The notes: generated by a model from the letters alone, not told the origin. DNA of 64,000 nt from Ignavibacteriota bacterium (GCA_003152875.1 PMBF01000076.1:180604-244603), one strand, 5' to 3'; positions 17,278 through 28,281 are shown, counted from the first letter of the stretch. Program-made: numbers and translations.

Positions 17278-19869
17278 TCAATATCCTGCCGTCAGATGCT
17301 TGAGCGCCCTGGTCTTGATGCTGTCAGGGACTGCCATTCCTCGAATCGCACCGCGGATCTCCTCCTGACTGCGGGAGAACCTCCCAAGCTCATCCCTGAA
17401 TGTGACCGGATTGATAGTGAGTCGATTCCCCGTCTGGGCGGCCTTCACCAGTACCCCGGGTGACCACTCCTTCGGCCACTGGTTGTTCAGCAGAGTCATG
17501 ACGCGTTGCAGTCGAGCGAGACGTCCGGGTAGCCCGTTGAGTTCATTCTCGAGAGAGTCGACGCCGGACGGCATTGACAGGACGACTTCAACCTTGCTCC
17601 CTACCGGGTATGCGCCGGTCCGGATCCTCACTGAAGCGTGGTCGCCATCATAACTCCATCCGGTGGATGCTTTGTCCCTCGTCCACGACAGGACCGCCCC
17701 GTTACCTGTGACCCGCAAGGGCGGAGCTGCGCCCGGCAGGACCACCTCAAAGGAGCGACTGACCGGCAAGCCGGGGTATTGCCCCTCCACAGGTCCAATC
17801 ACAATCTTGAGTGACAGGTTCTCAGTTTTCCAGAACCTTACGGGCGTCCACGCTCCCTCTCCCCGCTGATAGGCGGTAGTGTTCCCGGCGTCTTCATACA
17901 CACGGGTCGAACCGGAGTCCCCAGGCGCGATGGTCAATATCAACGGATCGACCGTCTTCTCACCGGTGTACTTCATGGCAGGCTGCATGGGAATGATCGC
18001 CCCGGGTCTCAAGAAGACCGGTATCTCGTCAAGGGCATAACAACGGGTCAGCGTCATCGGTCCGGCCAGGAGTGTGCCCGTCTGCCATTCAAACCAGTTC
18101 CCTGGGGGCAGCCAGAGAGTGCGGGCAGCGAGCATGGAATCGGGAGAGACCGGACTGACGACCGGTGCGACCAGCATTGCGTCCCCGAACAGGTACTCGT
18201 CCGTCCGGGCGTACGCCTCCCCGGTTTCGGGATAGTCGTAATACAACGGGTGACAGATCGAAAGGCCGCTGTCGTACGTCATCCGCGCGGAGGTATAGAG
18301 GTATGGGATCAACGCATAGCGGAGGAGGAAGGCGTCACGCATCCTGGCAAAATCATCCACGGGATATGCCCAAATGCGGCGCTCGGCACCCGGGTTCTTC
18401 GTTGTGTGGGTCCGGAGGATAGGACTGAAGACCCCAAACTGGATCCAGCGTGTGTAGAGTTCCGGAGAAAGGACACCGGGCATATGGCCTCCGATGTCGT
18501 GACTCCAGTACCCGAACCCCACGTTCGCAGCCGTGGCTGTGAAGTAGGGCTGGAACGCGAGCGAAGGCCAAACAGATACCACATCGCCGGAGAACCCGAT
18601 CTGGTAACGATGGTTGCCCAGTCCTCCCCACCGGTGGAAGAGCAGCGGACGTGCCTTCCCTTCCCTTTCCATGTCAGTAAAGAAGACATAGTTGAGCCAC
18701 CAGGTAGGGGTGACCCCGGGAATTGCCGTCGAGCCCCATTGCTGCCAGTCGAGCCAGAAGAAGTCGATCCCCTGGCGTTGGAGCGGGTGCATGACGAGGT
18801 TCATGTAGTTCAACGTGAATTTCTTGTCAGTGATATCGAACGGCACATAGTGTTTCGTGGAGGGATCGGTCCCCATGGCTCTTGCCATCTCTGGATAGAC
18901 GGCTTCGTGGGGCTGGATTCCAGAAGCAGGATGGATGTTGAGCGTGGTTTTGAGCCCGCGGTTCTTGCACCATGCAAGAAATCCTACGGGATCTGGGAAT
19001 ACATTCGGGTCCCACGTGTAGCCCGTCCATCCCAGCATCTGCCCCGCTTGATCGACCACATTCTTGCTCCACCGCATGTCAAACGTCAGATGCCAGTCCA
19101 TGTCGATCACCAGCACGTCAAGGGGCACGGTGTGTTCCTCGAATTGGCGGACCAGATCCTTGAATTCCTGGTCTGTGTATGACCAGTAACGGGACCACCA
19201 GGTCCCGAAGGCAAATCGCGGGGGCATGGGGATGCGGCCGGCAATGGCCGTGAAGTCATGGAGCGCCGCCCGGAAGTCGTGACCGTAGCCAAAGAAGTAG
19301 AGATCCTGCCGCTCGCCCGAGGGACGCGGCATGACCCAGGCCCACGGTGAGGCGTCGAACAGCGGGCGAGCGCCGTCATCCACGACAGCCCATCCATCCC
19401 GGGACACCAACCCCGGTTCAAGCGGCGTGGCCCCCTCCACCCCATCCAGCGTCCTAATCGTCCCTTTCAGGTTGCCCAGGTCGGCGGTTCCCGGCCTCCA
19501 GGAGTGGGGGACGCCGTTGAGGGAAAAGCGGATTTCGAGGTTGTCCGCGGCGAGGCGTCCGCTGCCCTTGAGAAACCGGAGCTCAAGCGCAGAGGTACGG
19601 ATCAGCAGCGTATCCTTGCTGACTGACACTGTAAAGGGCGGGACCGTCATTTGCCGGTTCAGAAAGACCAGCGACGCATGGTCTTCGAATACCCCGTCAG
19701 CGGCCCACTCCAGCCTCAGAAGCCTGGGAGTGAGAATCGTGAACCGGCAGCTGCCGTCCGTGACGATAGCGCGTGCATCTGCAACCGGATTGGCATCCTG
19801 GGCCGGAGCGGCGGCAGGCACCATGAAGAGCAAGAGCAGCAGGCTTGCGCCCTGCAATCTGGTGAGCAT
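17278..19869 (-). CDS. Glycoside hydrolase family 31 protein (alpha-glucosidase/alpha-xylosidase-like), secreted.
   Basis: Signal peptide; the GH31 nucleophile region GIDFFWLDW and the acid/base region RYQIGFSGDVVSVWPSL...GFGYWSHDIGG; length about 860 aa. Confidence 0.75.
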   Translation of the reverse strand: MLTRLQGASLLLLLFMVPAAAPAQDANPVADARAIVTDGSCRFTILTPRLLRLEWAADGVFEDHASLVFLNRQMTVPPFTVSVSKDTLLIRTSALELRFLKGSGRLAADNLEIRFSLNGVPHSWRPGTADLGNLKGTIRTLDGVEGATPLEPGLVSRDGWAVVDDGARPLFDASPWAWVMPRPSGERQDLYFFGYGHDFRAALHDFTAIAGRIPMPPRFAFGTWWSRYWSYTDQEFKDLVRQFEEHTVPLDVLVIDMDWHLTFDMRWSKNVVDQAGQMLGWTGYTWDPNVFPDPVGFLAWCKNRGLKTTLNIHPASGIQPHEAVYPEMARAMGTDPSTKHYVPFDITDKKFTLNYMNLVMHPLQRQGIDFFWLDWQQWGSTAIPGVTPTWWLNYVFFTDMEREGKARPLLFHRWGGLGNHRYQIGFSGDVVSVWPSLAFQPYFTATAANVGFGYWSHDIGGHMPGVLSPELYTRWIQFGVFSPILRTHTTKNPGAERRIWAYPVDDFARMRDAFLLRYALIPYLYTSARMTYDSGLSICHPLYYDYPETGEAYARTDEYLFGDAMLVAPVVSPVSPDSMLAARTLWLPPGNWFEWQTGTLLAGPMTLTRCYALDEIPVFLRPGAIIPMQPAMKYTGEKTVDPLILTIAPGDSGSTRVYEDAGNTTAYQRGEGAWTPVRFWKTENLSLKIVIGPVEGQYPGLPVSRSFEVVLPGAAPPLRVTGNGAVLSWTRDKASTGWSYDGDHASVRIRTGAYPVGSKVEVVLSMPSGVDSLENELNGLPGRLARLQRVMTLLNNQWPKEWSPGVLVKAAQTGNRLTINPVTFRDELGRFSRSQEEIRGAIRGMAVPDSIKTRALKHLTAGY

Positions 19870-19877
19870 GGGGAATC

Positions 19878-20837
19878 TTACCTTGATACTGGTTCAAGAA
19901 TTGGCCGGCGTGCGGACGAAACCACGTGCAGATTTATCAGGAACGCCTGTACACCGTTGAGGAAGGTCTCCTCGTCATGAAAGATAGCCGAACTGTGCCC
20001 GCCGTGAAGCTCCAGAAATGTCTTCGGCGGCGCCGCCGCCTCGTAAAGCTTCTGCCCGTGCGAGAACGGCACGACATTGTCCTCCACCGCGTGGATGAAG
20101 AGTTTCGGAATTGTCAGCGAGCCAACCTTGTGGATCGAATCAAAGTGGTTTTGCGCAAACAGTCTGATGGGAAGATACGGGTAGAGCTCCTGACCCCTGT
20201 CCGTGACGGAGGTGAATGCCCCTTCAACGATAAGGCACGCGGCCTTGCGCCTCACGGCCAGTTCCACTGCCACTCCGGATCCGAGCGAGTGACCATAGAT
20301 GATGACACGTTGAGGGGGGACCCGGAGTACTTCGATGAGATGGTCGTACATTGTCTCCGCATCAAGATAGAGACCCTGCTCTTCCGGCCGCCCTTCGCTT
20401 TCGCCGTAGCCCCGGTAGTCTGCGGTGAAGACGTTGACGCCCAGTTTCTGCAGCTGCGCGTACCGGTCGACCCACTCCGAGATGTTCCCCGCGTTACCGT
20501 GAAGATAGAGCAGCCATGCACCGCTGGAATCCCCCGCAGGTGTCCGCATCTCCCACCCTACCAGGCGAAGGTGGTCCTTTGTCTGCAGCTCAACCCGTTC
20601 ATGATGAAATCCTGAAAAGCTCTCCGGGGGAGGAACCAGGCGCGAAGGATGATACACCATGCGGGTCTCATTCACCACGAACCACATCCCCATGCTTCCA
20701 TACACGAGGACGACTGCAACCACCAGAGACCAGAAGAATCTCGAAAGCAGCCGCCGCGACCCGATTCGAACATTTGCAGGAGAAGGAGCGGGAGGCGCGG
20801 GGGGCGGGGTTTGCATGGACAATTCTCGGCTGTTCAT
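19878..20837 (-). CDS. Alpha/beta-fold hydrolase with an N-terminal TM anchor.
   Basis: GHSLGSG nucleophile elbow; membrane-anchored N-terminus. Confidence 0.7.
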   Translation of the reverse strand: MNSRELSMQTPPPAPPAPSPANVRIGSRRLLSRFFWSLVVAVVLVYGSMGMWFVVNETRMVYHPSRLVPPPESFSGFHHERVELQTKDHLRLVGWEMRTPAGDSSGAWLLYLHGNAGNISEWVDRYAQLQKLGVNVFTADYRGYGESEGRPEEQGLYLDAETMYDHLIEVLRVPPQRVIIYGHSLGSGVAVELAVRRKAACLIVEGAFTSVTDRGQELYPYLPIRLFAQNHFDSIHKVGSLTIPKLFIHAVEDNVVPFSHGQKLYEAAAPPKTFLELHGGHSSAIFHDEETFLNGVQAFLINLHVVSSARRPILEPVSR

Positions 20838-21595
20838 TGAACGGGGGGGTGCGGGATTCCCGGTTTTGCGGCAAGACGGGCGGGCGCATTTCCTTGTACC
20901 CTCAGCCTGTCTTCCCGTCCGTCCCTCAGCAGGATCAGGCGGTAGCAGGCATAGGCTGCAAAAGGTGCCACGATCACGTCAATCGTGTAGTGGACATGCT
21001 GCCAAAGCACCGCAACGGCTACTGCCGCGGCACAACAGAGGAAAAGCGCTTTGAGCAGCCGTCCGCGCGCGGTCAGGGACAGCAGGAAGAGCGTGGACGC
21101 GTGGCCGGAAAAAAACAAGTCTCTGGTCGGTACCCCGCCGCTCCCGACGAATTGGACGAGTGGATCCGCGAGGGGTATCAGGCCTGGAGGGGGGTCGAGC
21201 GGCACGAAGAACATCATCACCATGCGGACAAGAACCAGCAGGACATAGCTCTCGATCGTCGTGAGCAGAGCCCTGGGGTGCCGCAGGAGGAAGATGACAC
21301 CGGCAATGAGTCCGGCATAAATCAACGCGAACGTCAGCCAGGTCAGGTTGACGGGCGAAACGAGAGCAAGAAGCGGGTCCCGAAGCACCACCCCAGGACG
21401 GCCCTCCACGACATCCAGGAACGACGTCAACGCCGCAAGGACAACACCGAGAGCGGGAACAGCAAGCAAACATCTTCGGCGGAATGCACGATCGGACCAT
21501 GCATCCGACCATGCGGCGGCAGTTGATGACCTCACAGGCAGCGGCGATTGGTGGGTTAATCCTGGTGAAGGCTGAACATGCTCTGAAACTAGCAA
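20834..21595 (-). CDS. PAP2-superfamily membrane protein (PAP2_C / phosphatidic acid phosphatase-like).
   Basis: Motifs FFSGHAS...WQHVHYTIDV between TM helices; 4-bp overlap with the downstream hydrolase gene. Confidence 0.6.
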   Translation of the reverse strand: MLVSEHVQPSPGLTHQSPLPVRSSTAAAWSDAWSDRAFRRRCLLAVPALGVVLAALTSFLDVVEGRPGVVLRDPLLALVSPVNLTWLTFALIYAGLIAGVIFLLRHPRALLTTIESYVLLVLVRMVMMFFVPLDPPPGLIPLADPLVQFVGSGGVPTRDLFFSGHASTLFLLSLTARGRLLKALFLCCAAAVAVAVLWQHVHYTIDVIVAPFAAYACYRLILLRDGREDRLRVQGNAPARLAAKPGIPHPPVQ

Positions 21596-21794
21596 CTGCC
21601 GGCTTGAAAGTCAATTGATCGATTGACGCTCTCCTCACAGACGCCCGATTCGCTCTCCAGGCGACTGGCGGCTCGACAGATCGGCAAAGCGAGGGGTTTG
21701 ACAGCGAGGGACCGTAGGTCATCGCCGCGGTTTCGGCTGCCGGCCGTGGTCCCGCGGCGCACATGCTCCGGCGGGACCACGACCAGATGACTGA

Positions 21795-24700
21795 TCAAGC
21801 TTCCACTCTGTCCGGTTCGATGTGCACCGGGCGCCCTTTCCAGGGAACGCGCGCAGCCCAGACAACGCGCTTGAACAGGACCGGAAGCCTGGCCTTCAGT
21901 CCGTCGACGTAGGTGTAGATGACCGGGATGACGACCAGGGTGAGAAGCGTCGAGCTGATGAGACCGCTGATGACCACAATCGCCATTCCCTGCCGCATCT
22001 CTGAGCCCGCGCCGAGCGCCAGCGCCAGTGGGAGCATGCCGAAGACCATCGTGGCAGTCGTCATAATGATAGGTCGAAGGCGGGTCTTCCCCGCCTCGCG
22101 GAGGGCCTCGTGCATTTCAAGTCCGCGCGCCCGGAGCGTGTTCGTGAAGTCCACGAGCAGGATTGCATTCTTTGTCACCAGACCCATCAGCATGATGATC
22201 CCGATCATGCTGAACATGCTAAGGGACTTGCCGGTAAGGGCAAGGCCGGCCAGGGCGCCGACCAGGGCAAGGGGCAAAGAAAACATGATCGTGAACGGAT
22301 GAATATACGATTCGAACAGGCTGACCATGATGATGTAGACAAAGAGAATCGCCAGACTGAGCGCGATCGTCATATCGCTGAACATGTCGCGCATGTTCTC
22401 CGTGTCTCCTCCATAGAAGACCCTGATTCCGGGCGGTACCCCCCCTGCATTGATCGCCTGCTCCACGGCCGCCGTCACCTGGCCGAGAGAGACCTGGCCT
22501 GAGAGGTTAGCCGCTACCGTGACAAGGCGCTCCCGGTCTTTACGCTGGATCTCCGAAGGACCCTTGCCATAGGTGATCGCCGCGACCTGGCGGAGCTGGA
22601 CCGCCTGGCCATAGTGATTCAACAGGGTGATCTCCGCTACATCGCGTGCCCGGTCGCGGTTGGCTTTTTTCAGGATAACACGCGTATCATATTCAGTATC
22701 TCCTTCGGTGTACTTCGTGCTGACATCTCCTTCAATCGCCGTTCTCACGGCCATTCCGACCTCGGCCAGCGTGAGTCCCATGCGCGAGGCCTTTTCCCGG
22801 TCAATCTCGATCTTGACCTCGGGCTTTCCCTCCTCCCACGACGTTTCGATGCCGGCTGTCCCCTTTGCAGCGGCAAGGATGTCGGCTACTTTTCCCGAAA
22901 AGGCAACCACATCGGTCAGGTTGCTTCCGATGATCTCGATCTGCAGCGGGGCGGCATTTGCCGAGCCGAACATTCCAATGTTGTTGAAACTCATGGTGAG
23001 CCCTGGGATCGTACGGGCCTGCTGTTGAATTGCCATCATGACCTGCTGCGAGGACCGCTTGCGCAGCTGCCGGTCAACGAGCTTGACCTGGACCTGCCCG
23101 ACGTTCGATTGCTCGGCGTTCTTCCATGCGGTCTGCTTCTTACCCGAGGTGGAGAGATAGCGCTGAACCTCCGGCATGGCGGCGACGATCGCCTCCACGC
23201 CTCGCACGGCCTGATCCGTCTTCTCGAGCGTGGTCCCGAGGGGCATGTCCAGGTTAGCGGCGAAATCGCCGCGATCGACGTCGGTCATGAATTCGGTCCC
23301 GATCAGGCCGGCCGGCAGAAGGGCGAGGCTGGCGATCAGGAGCAACCCGCTGGTGAGAAGCACCGTTTTCCGGCGGTCCAGGGCCCACGTCAGGAGATTC
23401 CGGTATGATTCGCCGAGCTGTTCCTGTTTCCCTTCAATCCAGGATATGAACCGGCCGGCGAGGCTCGTCCTGGACCACACCGTCACCTTCGACCATTTTG
23501 CCGAAAGCATGGGCGTGAGCGTGAACGAGACAAAGAGAGAGAGGAGGGTCGAGACGACAATGGTCAGGCCGAATTCTCCGAAAATCCTCCCCACCATCCC
23601 TCCAACCAGCGAGATCGGCAAAAATACGACCACATCCACCAGCGTGATCGCGATGGCGGCAAATCCAATTTCGCTCCTGCCGTTGATGGCCGCCTTCACC
23701 CGTTCCTCTCCCTTTTCCATGTGCCGGTAGATGTTCTCCAGCACGACGATCGAATCGTCGACCAGGATGCCGATGACGAGGGCGAGCGCCATCAGCGAGA
23801 CCAGGTTCAGAGTGAAGTTCAACAAATACATGAAGAAGAATGTCGTGACCAGCGATGTCGGGATCGCGAGGAGCACGATGAGCGAATTCCGCACGCTGTG
23901 CAGGAACAGGAAGAGAACGAGCGCAACCATCAGGATTGCCAGGAACAGGTCGCGGTTCACTTCATGCAGGGCATTGCGGGTGAAATCGGTGATGTCCTGT
24001 GCCACTGTGAACTTGACTTTCCCCGGGTTGTCGGACTCGAACTCCTTCATTGCAAGGCCAAGCCGGTCGCTCGTTTTCACAGAGTTGGCGTCGGATTGTT
24101 TCTGAATAACCAGCACTACGGAATTCTCGCCGTTCAGCCTGGTCTGGAGGGGATTCTCCTTCTCGCTGTCCTTGACCTCGGCAACGTCCTGGAGGTGCAC
24201 CACACCCGCCTGCGTTGCCGCCACCACCATAGTGCTGATCTCATCCGTGCTCCGGAACTTCCCAGCGAGGCGGACGATGTACTGGTTCTGCGCTTCATCG
24301 ATCTTCCCGGTCGGGAAATCCAGGTTCTCGCGCGCGAGCGCCTGGGAGACCTGCAGGATCGACAATCCATAGGAGTTGAGTTTCTGGTTATCGACCTCCA
24401 CCCGGATCTCCCTCTCCCTCCCCCCGACAATCGTGATCGTCGACACGCCGTCGACCTGTTCCAGCCTGGGTTTCACCTTGTCCTTGACGAACTGGAAGAG
24501 ATCCCGGGGGGGGAGGCTCCCCGTGACCGAGATGCGGAGGATCGGGAACGCATTCATGTCCGACTTGGACACACGGGGGGTCTTTGCCTCATCCGGGAGC
24601 TTCGTCCTCGCCTGGTCGACCACGCGCTGGATCTCGTTGGTGACGACATCCACGTCGGCACTGAAGGTGAATTGAGCCAGGATCACCGAGAGGCCTTCAT

Positions 24701-24953
24701 ACGAATAGGAGCGGACATTGTCCAGCTTGTTCACTCCGCTGACCACCTCTTCGAGGGGCTTGGAAACAAGGGATTCGACCTCCTTCGGGCCGGCTCCCGG
24801 ATACACGGTCACCACAGAGACCATGGGCCAATCCATCTTCGGGAGGAGGTCGACGCCCATGCGGCTGTATCCGAAGATGCCCAGCACGGCGAGGGCCACG
24901 AAGATCATAGTCATGAAGGCAGGCCGGCGTATTGCAACTTCTGTGATTTTCAT
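21795..24953 (-). CDS. RND efflux transporter permease, AcrB/HAE1 family.
   Basis: 1052 aa with 12 TM helices and two large periplasmic loops; a typical AcrB N-terminus. Confidence 0.9.
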   Translation of the reverse strand: MKITEVAIRRPAFMTMIFVALAVLGIFGYSRMGVDLLPKMDWPMVSVVTVYPGAGPKEVESLVSKPLEEVVSGVNKLDNVRSYSYEGLSVILAQFTFSADVDVVTNEIQRVVDQARTKLPDEAKTPRVSKSDMNAFPILRISVTGSLPPRDLFQFVKDKVKPRLEQVDGVSTITIVGGREREIRVEVDNQKLNSYGLSILQVSQALARENLDFPTGKIDEAQNQYIVRLAGKFRSTDEISTMVVAATQAGVVHLQDVAEVKDSEKENPLQTRLNGENSVVLVIQKQSDANSVKTSDRLGLAMKEFESDNPGKVKFTVAQDITDFTRNALHEVNRDLFLAILMVALVLFLFLHSVRNSLIVLLAIPTSLVTTFFFMYLLNFTLNLVSLMALALVIGILVDDSIVVLENIYRHMEKGEERVKAAINGRSEIGFAAIAITLVDVVVFLPISLVGGMVGRIFGEFGLTIVVSTLLSLFVSFTLTPMLSAKWSKVTVWSRTSLAGRFISWIEGKQEQLGESYRNLLTWALDRRKTVLLTSGLLLIASLALLPAGLIGTEFMTDVDRGDFAANLDMPLGTTLEKTDQAVRGVEAIVAAMPEVQRYLSTSGKKQTAWKNAEQSNVGQVQVKLVDRQLRKRSSQQVMMAIQQQARTIPGLTMSFNNIGMFGSANAAPLQIEIIGSNLTDVVAFSGKVADILAAAKGTAGIETSWEEGKPEVKIEIDREKASRMGLTLAEVGMAVRTAIEGDVSTKYTEGDTEYDTRVILKKANRDRARDVAEITLLNHYGQAVQLRQVAAITYGKGPSEIQRKDRERLVTVAANLSGQVSLGQVTAAVEQAINAGGVPPGIRVFYGGDTENMRDMFSDMTIALSLAILFVYIIMVSLFESYIHPFTIMFSLPLALVGALAGLALTGKSLSMFSMIGIIMLMGLVTKNAILLVDFTNTLRARGLEMHEALREAGKTRLRPIIMTTATMVFGMLPLALALGAGSEMRQGMAIVVISGLISSTLLTLVVIPVIYTYVDGLKARLPVLFKRVVWAARVPWKGRPVHIEPDRVEA

Positions 24954-24983
24954 AGCAGGGTCCGTTCAGTTGGGCGAGAGACG

Positions 24984-26090
24984 TTACTTGTACTGGACGG
25001 CAGCCCCGTCCTTGAGGCCTTTCTGGCCGAAGGAAACGACCAGATCACCGGCCTTGAGCCCGTCGAGCACCTGAAAGCGGTCGGCGGTGCGGAGCCCGAG
25101 CTTCACGTGCCGGAGTCTTGCCACGTGGTCTTCGACGATGAACACGGCAGGGGCCGACTCGTCGCTCACGAGCGATTCCCTGGAGATGCTCATGGCTTCC
25201 GGGGCGGAGCTCGTCATGATGTCGACCCGGCCGAACATGCCTGCTTTCAGCTCGAAGGCGTTCCTGTTCCTGATGACGACTTCGACCGGATAAGTATGAC
25301 CGGTTGTTGTCTCGGTTTTCGAGCCGATCGTATAGACGCTTGCCCCGTACACCTCGCCTGGCCGCGAATCAATGCGGAGCGTGGCGGCCTGGTTCAGACT
25401 GATCAGCCCGATCTCTTCCTCCGCAATGCTGAGCCTCACCTTCACGGTGCTGACATCGATGATATTGGCGACTTCCCGTCCCGGCGAGAGCATTTCGCCA
25501 ATTTCCACCTTCCGCGAGGCGACCAGGCCGTTGATCGGCGATTTCACACGCGTATCCGCCAGCTGCCGCTCAGCCGCACGGAGTCCCGCTGCCGCCCCTT
25601 TCTCCTGAGCCTCGGCGGCATGCATCGCGAGCCGGTTCCCCTCCAGCTCGACATCGGGGATATCGCCTGATTTGAAGAGCGTCTCCGCCCTTTGATAGTC
25701 GCGCTGGGCCTTTTTCAGGCTGGTCTGTGCGGCAAGCATCTGCGCCTTCGCCTGCTCGACGGCAACGACTTTCAGTTCGTCATCCACGATGATCAAGGGC
25801 TGGCCCTCATGGACCCTGTCGCCGACCTTGACGGCGACAGCGGTCACGCGGCCCGCGGTCTCGGAGCTGACGACCACGTCGCGCATCGCGGCGATGGTTC
25901 CCACGGCGGAGACGGTTTCTGCCAGCGGGCCTATCGTCACAGGGGTGGCCTCAACGGCAATGGCGTTTGCCACAGCCTGGACCGCATCGGTTCTGCCCGG
26001 ACGATTGGTAAAGGCCGCGACCGAAGCCACGGCGAGAACGATGACGCCTATCCAGACAGGGCGGCTCTTGAGTATTGATGAACGGGACAT
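24984..26090 (-). CDS. RND efflux periplasmic adaptor subunit (membrane fusion protein, HlyD/AcrA family).
   Basis: Signal/anchor, coiled-coil hairpin and lipoyl-like/beta-barrel domains; located between TolC and RND genes. Confidence 0.85.
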   Translation of the reverse strand: MSRSSILKSRPVWIGVIVLAVASVAAFTNRPGRTDAVQAVANAIAVEATPVTIGPLAETVSAVGTIAAMRDVVVSSETAGRVTAVAVKVGDRVHEGQPLIIVDDELKVVAVEQAKAQMLAAQTSLKKAQRDYQRAETLFKSGDIPDVELEGNRLAMHAAEAQEKGAAAGLRAAERQLADTRVKSPINGLVASRKVEIGEMLSPGREVANIIDVSTVKVRLSIAEEEIGLISLNQAATLRIDSRPGEVYGASVYTIGSKTETTTGHTYPVEVVIRNRNAFELKAGMFGRVDIMTSSAPEAMSISRESLVSDESAPAVFIVEDHVARLRHVKLGLRTADRFQVLDGLKAGDLVVSFGQKGLKDGAAVQYK

Positions 26091-26119
26091 GGGAGCTCCT
26101 CAGGATTTCCTGTGACTGT

Positions 26120-27553
26120 TCAACGCGAAATGGTTCCTGTCGCACGGGCGACCTGCACTCCGGCGATCAGGTAGTCATAGACCGCGGCAATGTAGTCGGT
26201 CTTGGCCGAAGTGTATGCCGTCTGGACATCAAGAAGATCGACATTTGAGGCTCCGCCTGTTTCATAGCGGCGGGTCACCGAATTCAGCACGTCGAGCGCC
26301 TGTTCCTGCCCTTTGCGGGCTGTCCCCATCCGCTGCCGGGCGGCTCGCACAGAGAGCCGGGCATTCGTGGCCTGCATCAGCAGCCCCCGGCGGAACCCCT
26401 CCACCTGCGCCTCCGTGCGCTTGAGCTCATAACGTGCCTTTTCCACACCCGTGAAGTCGCTGAACCCGCTGAAGATGGGATAGCTGATCGACAGCATGAG
26501 AGCCCACGGCTTGATGCCGTCAAGGCTCAGCGTGCTGTTTTTCTCCCAGCCATACTGGAACGCCACATTCACCTTCGGCTTGAAATTCACCCAGGATTTT
26601 TCAACGCCGGCGTCCGCAAGGCGAAGATTCGCTTCCATGACACGCATGGAGGGATGTTCCTGGAGGAACGAGCCGTCAATCCCGCGGACTTCATCGGGGG
26701 TCTTATCGCCAGTCCCGGCAGAAGAGGATGATGCTACGAGCATGGTGGAATCGGGGAGTGGAGCCTTCTCGAGCGTGAACTGCCGGTTGAGGTCCACACC
26801 CATCACCTCGTTCAACTGGATCCTGGCCATCGCGAGCATGTTCTCCGAGGTGATCACGGCCCCCTCACCCGAGGCGAGCTGGACCTCCCAGCGCAGGACG
26901 TCGGTTTGTGTGCGGGTGCCGATCGACGCTCGCCGCCGTGTCATATCCAGATAGCGGCGATTTCTTTCGGACGATTCACGGGCAAGGGCTGCAAGCTCCT
27001 GGGCCTTCAGCACGGTGTAATAGGAGGTTTTCACTCGGGCGATCACGTCCTGCTCTGTGTCCTGGAGCGAGTACTCGCTCCGATCCTCCGCCGCTTCAGC
27101 GGCATGAAGCCCGACGATTTCCGCGCCTCCGTTATAGATAGGCTGGATCACGGTGAGATCCGTGGAGTAGGTGTCACGGTAGGCGAACGGCCGGAGCTCC
27201 GAGAGCGCCGAAGCAGGAATGCCGAGGCTGGCGGCCGATACCTTGATGAAATCGACGGCGGCATTTGCGCGCCGTTCAGATTCGGGGTCGATGCGTGTCA
27301 CCCCCGAGGAGATTTCCACTTTCGGAAGGAAATTCGTGACGGCGTTCAACCTGCCCCAGCGGGCGGCATCCAGGTCATGGCCCGCTCCCCGGAGTGCCTG
27401 GTTTTGTTGCACGGCGGTGGATACCGCCTGTTCCAGTGTCAGGGATTCCTGGGCACTTGCGCCTCCAACGGGAGCGCCCGCGAGCACAACCACAGTCAGG
27501 ATTCGTAAGAAGGAGTTCATGGGATGTGGACTCAGGTGTGAATGTTGAACCAC
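26120..27553 (-). CDS. TolC-family outer-membrane efflux protein.
   Basis: Signal peptide and two repeated OEP halves; about 470 aa. Confidence 0.85.
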   Translation of the reverse strand: MVQHSHLSPHPMNSFLRILTVVVLAGAPVGGASAQESLTLEQAVSTAVQQNQALRGAGHDLDAARWGRLNAVTNFLPKVEISSGVTRIDPESERRANAAVDFIKVSAASLGIPASALSELRPFAYRDTYSTDLTVIQPIYNGGAEIVGLHAAEAAEDRSEYSLQDTEQDVIARVKTSYYTVLKAQELAALARESSERNRRYLDMTRRRASIGTRTQTDVLRWEVQLASGEGAVITSENMLAMARIQLNEVMGVDLNRQFTLEKAPLPDSTMLVASSSSAGTGDKTPDEVRGIDGSFLQEHPSMRVMEANLRLADAGVEKSWVNFKPKVNVAFQYGWEKNSTLSLDGIKPWALMLSISYPIFSGFSDFTGVEKARYELKRTEAQVEGFRRGLLMQATNARLSVRAARQRMGTARKGQEQALDVLNSVTRRYETGGASNVDLLDVQTAYTSAKTDYIAAVYDYLIAGVQVARATGTISR

Positions 27554-27562
27554 GCCGGACAG

Positions 27563-28246
27563 TCACGGCCGGGCCGGCGTGACGAGATCGTCAAAAGATG
27601 CCTTCGCTTTTTCTGTCATCATCGCCTGCACCAGAAGCTTGTTTGCTTTCCTCAGCATCGCTTCCAGATTGAGCCCGTGCTTGCCCGTCCAGGCCCACTC
27701 GTCACGATCGATCAATCGCATGAGCCCATTGGAGTTTGACCAGAGCATGACCCCTGCCTCCAGAGGATCGACGTCATCACGCAGGAGTCCACCCTCTACC
27801 GCCCGGCGAATGATGCCCACGACCAGATCCCAGATCCTGGTGTCAAGGAGTTCGCACTGTTCCATCATCTCACTGGAGACCTGGCTGTGGATCCGGGGAT
27901 TTTCGAGGAAGTAATACATCCGGAAATAGTTGCGCTGCTCCTGGAAATAGGCAAAGTAGGCCTCCCCGAGGTTGAAGAGGTGCCTGATTGGGTTTTCATC
28001 CGTGGCAATCGCCTTCTTGAACATCTCATACATGATTTCCGAACCACGAAGCAGGACGGCGATGTAGAGGTCCTCTTTGCTCTTGTAGTAGAGATAGAGA
28101 GTGCCCTTACTCAGTTCTGCCGATTCGGCAATCTCATCCATCGTGGCGGGAGCAAATCCCTTTTCGAAGAAAATTCTCTCCGCCGCATTGATGATCTCCT
28201 CCCGCCGGGCTCCCTTTTCTCTCTCTTTTCTTTCCTTGATTCCCAT
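27563..28246 (-). CDS. TetR/AcrR-family transcriptional regulator, the first gene of the efflux operon.
   Basis: N-terminal HTH ...FAPATMDEIAESAELSKGTLYLYYKSKEDL; about 227 aa. Confidence 0.85.
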   Translation of the reverse strand: MGIKERKEREKGARREEIINAAERIFFEKGFAPATMDEIAESAELSKGTLYLYYKSKEDLYIAVLLRGSEIMYEMFKKAIATDENPIRHLFNLGEAYFAYFQEQRNYFRMYYFLENPRIHSQVSSEMMEQCELLDTRIWDLVVGIIRRAVEGGLLRDDVDPLEAGVMLWSNSNGLMRLIDRDEWAWTGKHGLNLEAMLRKANKLLVQAMMTEKAKASFDDLVTPARP

Positions 28247-28264
28247 TTGGTCCTTCCGTCGATC

Positions 28265-28281
28265 AATGACTATAAGTCATT
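28265..28281. promoter_or_regulatory. Perfect 17-bp palindrome AATGACTATAAGTCATT, 19 bp upstream of the tetR start. Candidate TetR operator.
   Basis: Read directly; perfect dyad; sits in an AT-rich promoter region. Confidence 0.5.

Noticed and set aside
23721-25670. Long plus-strand ORF of 649 aa, and many similar ones (6264..6950, 18250..19182, 20516..21526, 28624..29793, 39522..40637, 40579..42090, 47360..48463, 51533..52573, 55791..57458, 59883..60968).
   Set aside because: They lie antisense to well-supported minus-strand genes. Their translations are Arg/Pro/Gly/His-rich with no domain signatures. This is the usual high-GC artefact of open antisense frames.
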